A DNA stretch of 64,000 bases from Oikopleura dioica (taxonomy: Eukaryota; Animalia; Chordata), in contig OU015569.1 in the NCBI GenBank assembly GCA_907165135.1, positions 4,092,001 to 4,156,000 of the forward strand. Reading direction: 5' to 3'. Under the pieces are notes generated by a model. That model was not told the DNA's origin, searched no databases, and saw only the letters and a program-made list of their open reading frames with translations. Positions 52,062-64,000 of this stretch are shown here, one piece after another. A program made the position numbers and the translations under genes. Numbering within the stretch: the stretch's first letter is position 1; each line of letters opens with the position of its first letter.

Positions 52062-53520
52062 ATGTCGTTTCGGTTCTTTTCTGGAAAAGACTATTTCTCC
52101 GCGCTCAATCTATCGACGAGTGCGGGCGACGACGAAATTAAGAAAAGCTTCAGGCAGAGGCTGAAACAATTTCAAAATGCATTACGCCCCGTATTTTCTA
52201 AAGCAATTGTAACAGCCCTTGTTTGGCATTTTTCACGAGTCTATCACCCTGATCGAAACTCGGGGCAAGACAATGGAACCTTCATCAAAATCAATAAAGC
52301 GTACGAAACTTTGAGCAATGCAAAGCTGCGCCAGATCTGTCAAATTCATTTGGAGAACGAAGAGTTGGGCGAGTTTCTCGACAATGTAGCGCAAGCAAAT
52401 GATGCTGACCACACGCTGTTCGATTCGCTCTCCGTTGACGAGCTTTTACGCCGCTTCGATGAGTTCCGGTTTTATAAGAAAACTGGAAAGCCGAGAGTAA
52501 GACTGGAAAAGACAATTATCCATGTTGACCAGTCTACTGTGGAGCAGCAGTTTACCTATGGGAAGAAATTTAGTGGCTCCGCAAAATGGGGATTCTGCCG
52601 GGTTAAAGGTAAAACAGCTACCACCTCATAGGGCTGATAAGTTTACAGGCGCAAACTTTGGTTTTGACGATGACTTTATGTACAACAATAAGAAATTCTT
52701 CTATGGCTTCGATATCGAACACAAAGGTTACAAAAGGAAAAACGAAAAGAACTTGTCTATTTTTGGGAATTTGTACGACTATCACTTGTCCATCTATAAA
52801 ATGTCCGCTCATTTTCAACATCCAGTCGCGAGGGTAAATCTCGCTCATATGATAACCTTGACCGTAACTTGACTTTAGATCGAGCCTTTTGTCACGACGC
52901 ATGACTTCTTTACGCAAGACATGAGGTCGATCTTGGCAGACGAAGATGACCTTGACACATTTACTAGGAATGTTATCCTAAATCCTGGATGCAAATTGAG
53001 AATTCATCATAATTACGTTTTCAAGAAAGGTCAGTTGTTCTATTCAAAAGTCAAGTTTATTATGTAGTTTAGACATTTCTCTTGGCATGGACGAGATTAG
53101 ACTGACTCGCACTCCATCGAAGATAATCATCAAAGCACCAGTAAAAATGACAATCAAGAAGTCGTCTGTTTCTTTTTGTCCCTTTTCGAAAGTTCTTGTT
53201 TTCGAATACAAATCAGACCAGGGAGGATCTTTTCTTGGCATGAGTCTTCAGGTTCGTCTAGCAGTCCATTGATCTTACTTAAACTCGATGTCTAGCCTTT
53301 AGTGAGGATAAGTGTGTCCGACTGGATTGAAATGTACCAGAATCCTTCTTTCGAGATGATTTGGGAGTGCATAAGTCCCGTGATTTCTGTCAAGTTCATC
53401 AGACATGGAGTGAAAACTTCCCTCGACCAGATCACCATTACTGATATCATCGACGCCATTACTGTCAAATCGCCCGATGTCGAGGTAGTCTTTGAGGTTG
53501 ACTCCAAAGTTGACATTTAA
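52062..53520 (+). CDS. DnaJ-domain protein, possibly DNAJC11-like
   Basis: DYFSALNLSTSAGDDEIKKSF..YHPD..FIKINKAYETLSN is a J domain with HPD. SVDELLRRFDEF loosely resembles DNAJC11 TPAEIREEFERL. Later exons are beta-rich. Whether all exons belong to one gene is not certain. Confidence 0.6.
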
Positions 53521-53900
53521 TTTCAGAATGCTGTCAAATCCACGGATGAAGCGGGAAACCCAGTCCTTCTTGCTCACAATCGTCTAATGTTATCACTAAG
53601 CTACTTACTTCAATCAAACCAAGTTATCCTTTCAACGCCTATTTCTATCCCAATTTCCTATTATTCAATTACCAAGGTAGCTTTCACCGCTTGAACAAGA
53701 CTGATTGATTTTAAGTCGCCGGAAGCAGCAATTAAACGAGTCATTTTACCGTTTTTATTCATGGTCGCTATTCGCAACGAAACTATTCAAGAAAAAACGA
53801 AATCCTTCTTATCATATATTTCTTCATTTTGGCAGAGCAGAAGAAACGATTAAATTTCATCGCTCGTTGTTCACCCTTCATTAATTTTCACTCTTGTAGA

Positions 53901-54436
53901 ATGACTATCAACCGGCCCTTGAAGTTTTTCTACTATGCGGTGGCTGTCGGCCGTAATCCTGGCATTTATCATAGCCAAGTGAGTTTTTCTTTATATTTTC
54001 GAGTAAAAGAGAATCTCCGTAGAAATGCTTGATGAAGGAAGTCGAAGGCTTCGAGGGGGCTGTCTATGCCAAGCTGCCGACATCAAAAGACGCGATTGCC
54101 TTCATCAACCAGCATCACAAGAAACCTAATCGTTACTACACAAATGTGAGAAAAAAGATCTAGCATGGATTTTTAAAATAACTTTAGTCGAAGTTTTTAA
54201 CGAATCCTTACCGAAAACTGATCGATGGCAAGAACGCGCCAGAAATGAAAGAGCAAGTTAAGAAGTCTTCGCCAGCGGAGAAAGCTGTAAAAACGCCAAC
54301 ACCGCAGAAATCATCTGCTCCAACGGCCGCGCAAAAGTTAGCGAAAGTGTTTGAAGACGAAAAGAAAGCGCAAAGCTCTGCGCCAGTGACTCAAACTGCC
54401 TCCTCAACAGCTAAACCTCGATTCATCTGGAAGTAA
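53901..54436 (+). CDS. Stand-alone RNase H1 N-terminal hybrid-binding domain (Cauli_VI-like) with a disordered tail
   Basis: FYYAVAVGRNPGIYHSQ|KCLMKEVEGFEGAVYAKLPTSKDAIAFI resembles [44 protein letters not shown]. Stop at 54436; AATAAA near 54591; no catalytic domain seen. Confidence 0.75.
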
Positions 54437-55937
54437 ACTCGTCCTGCCTCTTTTACGAATTCGCGAAAAACTCATTTACTGACATTATCCGCCTTTCTTT
54501 CTTCCAAGCCTTCTGGACGATGTCCTACTGAACCTCTCACATGTAGCTCCTTATAGAAATGTTGTTTCTGATATTCTCAGATAAAAAAGCAAATAAAAAA
54601 CATAAAAGTTCTTCTCAAAAGAACTGCTTGAATGGAATCACCAAATTTGATCCATCAGCAAGCTGTTGAATTAGGCGTTTGATCTCTCCTTCCCAATTCG
54701 CAGGTTTTGTCCAGAGAAAAGCACGGCTTTCTGGTTTAGAGAAAAAAGCAAACTGTGCAAGATAAAAATTAAGGTTCCGCCGCCGACTTGTTTATTGAAT
54801 CTTTGGTCGAATAGTTCAAACTTATCTGAGTGAAAACGCGTCTTCTCTATGTTTGAATCGTTCTTAGGACTCAACTTGAGTCACTCAAGAGATCTCTTTG
54901 TGAATTTTTGCAACCGTTGCAGTTTAGAAAAATCAGGTCACTGGGAAAAGTTCGACCGTTGAAAGGATCTAAACTGAAAGTGAAATGTTCTGGGAATCCT
55001 AGCACCGAAAAAAGCGTCCTGACGTGTGCGCACTTGTTGCGAAAATGGCGAGACCTGCACAGGGCACACCTGCTATTCTATTACAAAATAGGCTGATACG
55101 TTTAGTTCGTCCTTCCAAATACGGCCTACTCTAAAGAAAGGATAAATTATCTTGTCAATGATATTTTCAACGACCTACTACTGTAAACTATTGTCAGCTA
55201 TCACTTATTGCTAATTAGAAAAAAGTAGTCACTTAGCATTTTGATAGCAAGGAAGACTTCAGGATTTTGCTTTCAAATCGAGATATGCATTCTTTTTTGC
55301 ACCTGGGCAAATGTCTACCATTGCATTTAAAAAAATAATTCGCACTTATCTATTTCTGAAGAAGTTTGCAAGCAATAATTATGGGAAGAAACTGATCGAA
55401 TTGTTTATTTAAATAGTTCTAGTTGGACGAAGAGATAAGATATCGTGAGTGATAACGCTGTCAAGATTGGAGCCCGACTTGTAGTAATTTATTTTCTCAC
55501 GTAGCTACGGTCAGCGGACCGCTCATTTCTTTAGAGGTTCTATTACAGGTAAAGAAGTAGCTAAAGTATTAATGATTATTAGCATGATTTAGTCACGGAA
55601 AATTTCTACTGGAATTCGAACTTTCTAGCTATTCCCGATATTAACTGCAAAGATCTTTAGTTTTTGATGAACTCTTGATCACACAGGGAGTCAAATATTG
55701 ACTGACGGGCTATCAACAGTACATCGGACATACAAAGGGCTCTAGGGCTTCCGCGTGATTTCAGCGTAACCATTTCGCTCATTTTCTTTTCTTGTGCTTT
55801 ATCTTTTGTGACTCAAATATTGATCTGAGGGGCACGTTGTGAATCCAATGACTGGAGTAGTAATCGTCCGCAGACACACTCTAGCGAACACGCACAAACT
55901 CGAGACTTAAAACAACCAACTCAGCGTTTACATAAAA

Positions 55938-57972
55938 ATGAGCAAACCCGTCATTACGATTCAACCAAATGTAAGAGTGATATTTTATTGGGACCATTCG
56001 AATTTTTGACGCTAAGGAGCATCTGTCACCAAAATTTAATTTTCATTAGTTAGTCAAAGTGAGCCCCTGTTCTAAAATGCTCAACTGATTTAGAAATCTT
56101 CTGAATATTTTTGCATTACTGGAAATTTCATAAAAAAAACGTATGAAAAATTTTTGAACATTTTCATATACTTTCTAAACGTTTGCTCCATGGATCTTGT
56201 CTCGTAATCAACCTCAAAATCAGCTTCTTATGGTTTTTGGAATTAACAAACTCTACAAAAAAGATGCACTGGTTACGGACGAGACCCGTAAACCTCCGAC
56301 CAGAGTACAGATTGGCTTAAATTAGACAATGAGGTGACGATTTTCAATCTTTGCGGTAGATTCGCTAAGCTCGTCGCATTTTCTGAGACGGCAAATATTT
56401 GATCTGGTTCAAAATAACTCATAAGAAACGAACTCTTTTCGTTGAACATTCTGGCCGTCGATTTGCGACTTCAGTAAAATCTGCTGTGCATCGAAAACCA
56501 ACATTGAGTGTTTAGGAAAATGGCTGGAAAGACTACAAGATGAAAGGCGAGGGAGAAGATGGCGGCGATTCGAAGGTCGCGTTGACGTAATGTTTGCACT
56601 CTAAACCTAGTGAACGATAAGAAAAAGTTTAAAAATAATATTTTTAAAAAGTTTCATTTTAAAAACGCGCTGCAAGTCTGAATATTTGGATGGTGTCGAG
56701 CAGGCTGTCGTGCAGCAGGATCTTTCGCTTGTCGAGTTCATGACTGGCTACGACGTCATTAATAAATACAGGATATGGGATGGAAAAACTGGAGAGACAT
56801 TGTTTCAAGGTATTTTTTATTTTTGAAAGAAACGCGCAAGTATGATTTCAAGCTACGGAAGGAGACATTGGTTGTTGCGCTAGAAATTGCTTTCAAGGGG
56901 AGCGAGAATTCGAAATGCCTCTGAGGACCAAAGGTATACTAATTATTATTTGAACAATCATATAAATCGTAATTTATCACGAGAAAAGAATAAATTCGAT
57001 CATATAAGCTTTGATTTTTTGGAGCAAAAATGCACGTGAAAGTTCAAAATCTTGCGAGCTACTCCAAACCATAATTTTGTTTGTTAAGAAGATAAAGACG
57101 GGGACATGCACCGACTGAGTAAGCCCCGTGCCATTGCGCTGCAGCCTTGCTGTAACACGTGCTGCTGCAATTTCTGGCATCGAATCTTCTGCTGTGGCTG
57201 CTGCGGCTTCGACTTCTCCAAACCTCTGGCAAACCTCTCGAGTAAGTCTGAAATAATAAACAGTCCCTACTCCGGAAGCATTAAACGATGCACGTTACTC
57301 AATCTTTGATAAATAACCGAATGCTTGAGTTAGAACGTCTTTCCTCAACTTCTAAATTAAGCGTTTTTCAACGACAAGAAGACTCATTGGATTCTTCAAA
57401 AGGATGGCGGCAATTGCGGCCGCGCGAACTTTGTGATCACTGATGAAGTCAACAAGAAAATAATTTACGAAATCAAAAGACCCGAGCTCTGCGTCTGCGC
57501 CTGGGACTGCGGTGACGTGGTCTATCCAATTTTGGATCCGGAAGGGCAGGTAATGAATGAACTTGCAAATCATTCATTTTTCCGGTGGAAATTGTTCTCC
57601 CAGCCAAATTTGTTAAATTTCCTCTGACGCGCCCAGTTTAAACTAAAATCTGTCGACTTCGACACTTCGCTCAAAATATTTTTATCAGCTTAGAACGGTT
57701 CGTTTTATGTTTGTGAACTTGAATTCTAGCAAGTCGGCAGTATCACCAAATACTGGGCCGGTGGGAAGAAGGGCTGCAGTGGATGCTGCATCGAAGGTTT
57801 GGAATGAAGGGTTTCTATTTCTAAGAAATATCAAGGTGCGAATGCTTCTACACACGTGATTGACTTCCCTTCCACTGCTTCCCATACGGAGAAACTGGCT
57901 CTCATCGGACAGACACTTCTCATCGACTATACTTATTATCAGAAGAAGAATAATAATAACGGTGGCTCCTAA
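55938..57972 (+). CDS. Phospholipid scramblase (PLSCR family)
   Basis: QQDLSLVEFMTGYDVINKY; ATEGDIGCCARNCF; Cys cluster PCCNTCCC..CCGCCG; VGSITKYWAG; HVIDFPSTASHTEKLALIGQTLLIDYTYY resembles [29 protein letters not shown]. Confidence 0.9.
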
Positions 57973-58857
57973 GTTCATTCTACTCCTGTACATTTCCTAA
58001 CTTTGATTATCACAGTAAACATCGTTTTTTGAAAGACTCTCTTGAATTTTTTGAATTCTAAATCTCTTTGAAAATGAGATTTGGTCAATGGAACGTCAAA
58101 TGAAAAAATAATTCTCAGGAAAATTGGACTTCCTTTTTCATGCTGAAATAAAAAATGGAAAGCTGAAACGTAGCTAAATAGAATCATTTTACTAAAATAC
58201 GTCAAAGAGATGCGGGGAATTTAAAATACTCCATGCGGATATATAATCCCTTAAATCTTTCAAACTAGGTGCACCAATTTTTGAACGAATTACTGAAGCT
58301 TTGTCTTTCGATTCGTAGTTTCGACGTAGCATTTTGCTACTTGTAGTTAACTTTTGGTCGTGTAATAATGTTTGAACCGTAATGCCTTGGTCTTGATTAA
58401 GTGATGGAAGGGGTGTATGTTGGATTATTGAGCGATTAAAGAAGCGATGATTTTCTACTAACGGGCGAGAGATGAATTCGTAGTATCAATAAAGGGTGCG
58501 GAAGAGGGGCATTCTGCTTTGTTTTTAAATAATTGAGCCTGACGGGACGGGACCTGCTTAGATTATCAGTTAGATCAGCTAGCAGCATAAGAAGCCGCGA
58601 AATATCAAATAGGAATCCTTAATAATCCAAGTATAGAGAGATTAAAAGCGAAATTATTAATCAAAGAAAATACGCGCAATCCAATCCCGCCAACAATGAA
58701 AACTAGTCGTCTGCAATGAGCGTAGAGAGGGTAAGTCGCCTCAGCATAGAATACAACTAGAATTTATTTACTTTTTTCGCAAGTTTTTGACCATCTATGG
58801 CCAAGAATTTTCGCTATTAGAATCGAAAGATATCTTAAAAACCAGAGAAATAAATTA

Positions 58858-60030
58858 ATGAAAGCACCGCCAATCTCATGGAGTGGGTATCGAACTCATT
58901 CTTTTTTTCCTTAGGTATTTCCAGACAGTCGATATCCACTTTCAACACAGAGCTTAGAAGAGAGCACCGCTGTAACTTCACAGACAGGAAAGCTTTTCAA
59001 TCATATTTTAATTCGGCCTTGGATTTTTCCTTTCACAGTTCAACCTAAATCAAAGTGAATTTTTTTAATAAAAAAAATAAAAATCAAAGGCTTTTTTTTC
59101 AAATCCAATTTACAAGAGCGCTAACTTCAACGCCTAATTGATAATGAGAAGCTCGCAGATTTTTCGACGGTAACAGAAGCTAACACTGCGTTTACGAATT
59201 CCACGTTAAATCCAGAAGATGAATGGTTGAAAAAAGCCGAGTATATTGCTGTCGTTGTGGCTTCTTCGGTAAGAGATTTCAAGCAACGTTTTAATGGAAT
59301 TCCAAAGGCATGGAGTTATCTCCAAATGGAACAAAAAGGGTCGACCTAAAAATTCCATTCAGATTATCTGCTGCGTGATAGTATTCGGCATACTGGTCAT
59401 CTCCGAATGTGGCCGCCGACTGATATGGCAAGCACAGAATTTGGTCATGAGCTCGAACGCTTACGAGGCAAAGGGAATAAGATTTTCTCAGCGCACAAGA
59501 CTTAAAAAATATTCCAATAAAGGAGTTAAATATAAATATCGTTATAATTTTTAGCAAGTATACAGCTAAGTTGTTTTTCTTCGGATCCTTAATTTTGGAC
59601 ATGGCAACAAGTGTCCGCTTGCTTATCAATGCTGACCCCACTTTTGCGTTCTCTGCGGTTAACTCCGAATAGACTGAAAAAACGTGACTCTTTTAAAAAT
59701 ATTTTCTTAAAAAAAATAGAATTTTTTTTACTGAAAAGGAAATCTCGCAAAAGTCATCATGTAACTGTTTGAGCTGTTTTCGTGGTCAAGTACGCCAGGA
59801 ATGAGTTTTACGAGTTTTTGTGAACGATTTTTCTGATGAAAGCATAAAATAAATTGAAATAACTTCAGTTTTAATCTTTGAAATCGAAAGACGAGAACTC
59901 AAATGGAAGGGCTTCGGTTTGTGTCCAGACATAGAAGTCGAGAGATGGATGGTGGACACGCGTACCTGAGGAAGAAAGTCTTCGAAAGGAAGAAAAAGTC
60001 GGCTCAGACCCTTTGTAATAAACAAATAAC
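58858..60030 (+). CDS. Putative multi-pass membrane protein; model incomplete
   Basis: Exon-like hydrophobic segments EYIAVVVAS, IQIICCVIVFGILVISECG and AKLFFFGSLILDMATSVRLLI, separated by short AT-rich introns. Some frames could not be joined. Confidence 0.3.
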
Positions 60031-60349
60031 GAACAGATCTGTATATCTCAACAATAAGGATGTTATTTTATTATCATGAGAAGCTTTTTATTAAAGATTC
60101 TACAGGTAGTCAAATCATAGCTGGATGGATAATTTCTTTGGATTCACAGTGAAGAGGTGAATTCAAATATGGTTCCTATCGACAAGCGAAAGGAAAAATG
60201 CCTCTTGCGCCCTCAGAGCAAGCGCGATAACCGCGCGCTCGTACACTTTGGCGACCTTGAATTTTTTGTCATTCCCAATCCAGTTGAGAGGCGCCTGTTT
60301 CCAGTAGAAAGAGATAAAAAAAACAGAAGAAAGAGAAAAGACAGCGCAA

Positions 60350-63300
60350 ATGCGATTTAAATGTCTTTGCTTTGGAGTGATACTGCTAGCGCAGACAAGC
60401 GAAGGCTTTAGTGTAGAAGGACTAAGAAAATTGCCAAAGTGTGAACGTGGCATCGCGAGAGAACACAGACAAGATTTTAAATGAATTTTAATGGAAATTG
60501 TTTTCAATGAGTTCAATTTTAAATCAATTTTAAAGAAAATTTTATTTCGAAGAAAGCACAAATTGTCGCTGGGAAGTGCCTAAAGAACTGTCACTTCGGC
60601 GTCACATCAAGTTTTACGAAATTAAAAGTGAGTGTTCCGACAATGAGGATCAGCTGATCATGCTTGATGGCGAAGAAATTATTGGGCCCTTTTGTCATCG
60701 GGAAAAGGATGAGTACAATACTAGACATAGACGTGGACCGACTCTGGAATCGACCGAGTATGAGGTACATGTACAGCGCGATTAGAAAATTCCAACAAGA
60801 TTATGCAATGTCCTAATACACGCTTATTACGAGTCCAGACTCTGGAAGAACCTTTGGTCAGTCATTTTTAAACAAATTTAAAGGTTGACGTGCCGCTATT
60901 ACATCCATCGGAAGGAACAGAAATCATTTACATAACTGCACCTAACGGATACAAATTCCGTTTTAAATTCAACTTCGAATGGGAGCTCATTTCTGCACCG
61001 GGAGTCGCCTTTTCAAATTCCACTTCCCCAATCTACGTGCCATCAGAGGGAATCTGCGGTCCAGGACACTTCGCTCCGTCCTATTTTGTGGCTTTTTCGA
61101 AAAGACTGTGTAAGTTTTCAAATTGATACCCGTACTACAGATTTCAAAAAAATGGTGGAATTTCCTTTCCACAGCCTCCATCTCAAGAATAACAGTGGCC
61201 GGCCTCAAATCCGGACATTCCGCAAAATTGTAGACTTTGCTACTCACGGCACGTCTGAGGAGATATAACGCAATTTATATTTCTTTCGGCTTTAAAATGA
61301 CAGTAATTCTAGCTGAAACAGAGTTTCCAGAGAGCGCACAAGAAGGAATGAGCGAATTCTCTGCTGCGATGACTGGCTTTGAGAACTATTTCGATTCACA
61401 CTTCTCACAGTTCTGCTCATCAATGGCAACCCAAGTGCCCTGCGAATTCTTTTGGGAAGCCAACGATGAAGAAATAACGGCACAGGACATATTTGCGAGC
61501 CTTGAAGGGTTAATACGATTTATTCTCCCCCACTGCGAAGACGGCTTTGGACATAATTGGGAAGCAAGTTTGGAAGAGTTAAAAAATCACGTCGGCGGAG
61601 AAATTCCAGTTGTATCCGTCTCAGAGGATACAAAAGCCGAGCTCTGTGGTCCGTGCAGTAGTGACATTGACTGTGGATCATTCAGCGATTACTTTTTGAA
61701 ATGCTCGGAAGAGACCAAGAAGTGCGTCTGCGCAGACCAGTGGATCGACGAAAACGGAAATCCCAACGACGGATGCGAAGTTTTCAGAGGAGATGCTGCA
61801 ATTGATCATTACCAATGCGAGAGTAGCTCGACCTCAACCACCACGTTGTCGACAACCTCTTCAGCAGTGACTTCGACGACGCTTACAGCTACTACTACAA
61901 CATCGACAGAAGCGGAGCTTGAAGCAACAACGGAAATTGTAAAGCAAGAAAGTTTGTTCAAAATAATGGAAGTAAGCTCAACATGCCCCTCAAATTGGCA
62001 AAAGACTCCGATGACTGCTGACGAAAACCCGTGGAATTCAATTCTGCACTCAACTGAAGAAATGTGCCTCTTTGCGAATCTTCCAGCTTGTTCTGAATCG
62101 CTTTTCAAAACAGTTCTCAAGTCAAACGCTTGCCATAATGAACGCTTGCTGGAAATCTTTCAAATGGTCGTTCAAAAAGTCGCTGAAGTCTCAGTTACTG
62201 GTGATTTTGACAGAACTTGTCTCTATTCAATCCACGAGGCTCCTTGTCATCTTCTCGATTTTAAGCAAACGAAATCGACAAGACAGGGATGTTAATTTTA
62301 TGATTTTAAAATAGTTTATTTCTCATGAAAAAACGATTGTTCCGTAAAGATCAAATTGACATTCCAGTATTAGAGATTTTGTCTATCAACTGATCCATGT
62401 TCTTAAAAAATGGGCATTAGAAAAATGTGGAAAGAATCATCTAAAATCCTTCTTGTTGCCGATGTTATTGGAAATGCTTGCTATAGTTGACGAAAGCAGA
62501 GACAATGAATGTCCAAGCTTGCCGATTACTTTCAACATAAGCGAAGAAGAGTTCGACAATTTGAACTTTTCAGAGTTACCCGAAAAAAGTGCTCAAATGC
62601 AAACCATTGATCACGCTACTCCAAGACCAATTGTCAATCGTAAGTTTACTTCGATTTTTCCGACGTTAAGTATTTTAGGATTCACTACACTAAAAGACGG
62701 TCTCTGCGCCGCGAAATCCTTCGGTCGACTTGCTCCCGTCGTGTTCAAAGCCCGAGCATTTGACATCCGAAATCCTGAACTTGCTATCGACAGGTTTAAA
62801 TCTTTTGCAGAAGAAGTCGGCAAAGTAGGAAAGAAAACAGCGCAACTGGAACGACGAAAGCGTAAATGCGACCTAGCGAACGCAGGAAAGATGCCATGCC
62901 AACTTCTGGACTTTCCGACAGATGAAAGGGCTTGCCAGCTTGCACTGCGAGCAAAGGAGGTTTACGAGTACATGAGCGAACGCTGCGACTTGGAATGGAG
63001 ACAGTACTATGGAAACGTAATAAAAAAAATGTAGAGTTAAATGAACCTTTTTCAATTCAGATAATTGATGAGCTCATCGAATCTTCTGAAAACAGCGACG
63101 GAAGTCCTTGTTCCGACGGGATTGATGAAAAAGCGATGCTTACTAAAACTCGCAAGCTATCCAAAAAGTTCAAGAAAAAACACGGGTACCACTTCAAGGA
63201 GGCTCTGGCGGAAGCGAAAGCACAGTTGAAACAAGAACGGGAAGATGCGAAAGTTTCCCGTCTAGCGCTAAAGAAGCAGCGTGAACAAGAGAAACATAAT

Positions 63301-63939
63301 GTTCGAGTTGAAAAATTAAAGACATTAGCGTCGAACAGGCTCGAGGCCGCAATGCTTGAAGTAAACAAAAAACAGGAGAAGCTTGAAGCTTTAAAGATCG
63401 CTGTTGCCGCTGCTGAAGCTGGGAATTTTGCCCTTTTAGGTACTTTTTTCTGTCTTTTCAAAGCCATAATACTTATCTCAGAACGAAGACAGACGAAAAA
63501 AGAGAGCAATGTGATGCTTTTAGACGTTTTTGGAATTGAAGAATCAGAAGAAGAAGAGGAGGAAGAATATCAATGTTCATTCCCCGAGAATCTTCCGTTC
63601 GAGGAAGCTCGTGAGAATTTTGAAGGTCTTACGAGCAGTTATCTAGAAAGTACCAGACTCATATCATTCGGAATAGTTCATAGAGTCCGGCGTAGATTTT
63701 TCGACGCGCTTGATTACATAGAAGACTCACAAAAAGACTGCTTAGAGCAACAAGTACTTTTGAGCTGCAGAGACCTGCATCTTATATTTTATTCGACAGA
63801 TTCCGAGGATAGACATGTCAAACTTATTATCAAAGCAGCTGCGAATTTAGTCACGCAAGTTGAACGGGAGTGTGCAAAGATTTCATTTCCCGAGTTTTAT
63901 ATAACTATTCGTGGGAAATCAACGAGTATTATAATGTGA
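60350..63939 (+). CDS. Large secreted protein: signal peptide, CUB-like, EGF/EB-like, mucin-like S/T, helical/coiled-coil C-terminus
   Basis: MRFKCLCFGVILLAQTSEG signal peptide. CRWEVP..FYEIKSEC..DQLIMLDG..GPFC is CUB-like. CSSDIDC..C..CVCADQW..DGC is EGF-like, followed by a T/S tract. Long exons at 61.3-62.3, 62.4-63.0 and 63.06-63.9 kb; junctions near 61.1-61.3 kb are unresolved. Confidence 0.6.
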
Positions 63940-64000
63940 ATTCATTTAAAAATATGATAAAATCGCTTTATGTAAATATTAATTGTACAAATCAACAACG

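Larger units (their letters stand above)
41471..54436 (+). other. Operon-like run of about 9 co-oriented genes with AG acceptors just before the start codons
   Basis: Intergenic gaps are 77 bp (46498 to 46576), 80 bp (51137 to 51218) and about 200-400 bp elsewhere. AG|ATG or AG|AATG occurs at 43392, 47455, 48548, 51218, 52062 and 53901. Confidence 0.6.

Overview
Eukaryotic genomic DNA from a very compact animal genome. It has about 30 intron-containing genes, most introns 35-60 nt, several GA-AG/GC-AG introns, and co-oriented gene runs with an AG acceptor 0-7 nt before the ATG. These features point to a larvacean tunicate such as Oikopleura dioica (inference). All gene models were built by hand-splicing, and family calls come from remembered alignments, not database searches. 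1-22 kb is gene-dense: a transmembrane trypsin-like protease, WBP11, TADA1-like, seipin, FANK1, ATP5F1D, U2AF1, an SR protein, a dsRBD-DZF protein and orphans. 23-34 kb is gene-poor and holds a decayed pogo-like transposon and a 73-bp piggyBac-type MITE upstream of FoxF (34.6-39.1 kb). 41-54 kb is an operon-like run (CIMIP1-like, RFC-like, CC2D1, RNF5/185, DAP3, RFK, DnaJ, RNase H1 hybrid-binding domain), followed by a scramblase and a large secreted CUB/EGF-like protein. The most interesting items are an RNA-processing cluster at 11.2-17.4 kb and a 72-aa secreted peptide precursor nested antisense in a DAP3 intron. The cluster contains U2AF35 with a Q157D-equivalent change, an SR protein with a duplicated pseudo-RRM and a candidate poison exon, and a DHX9-type dsRBD pair fused to a DZF domain.
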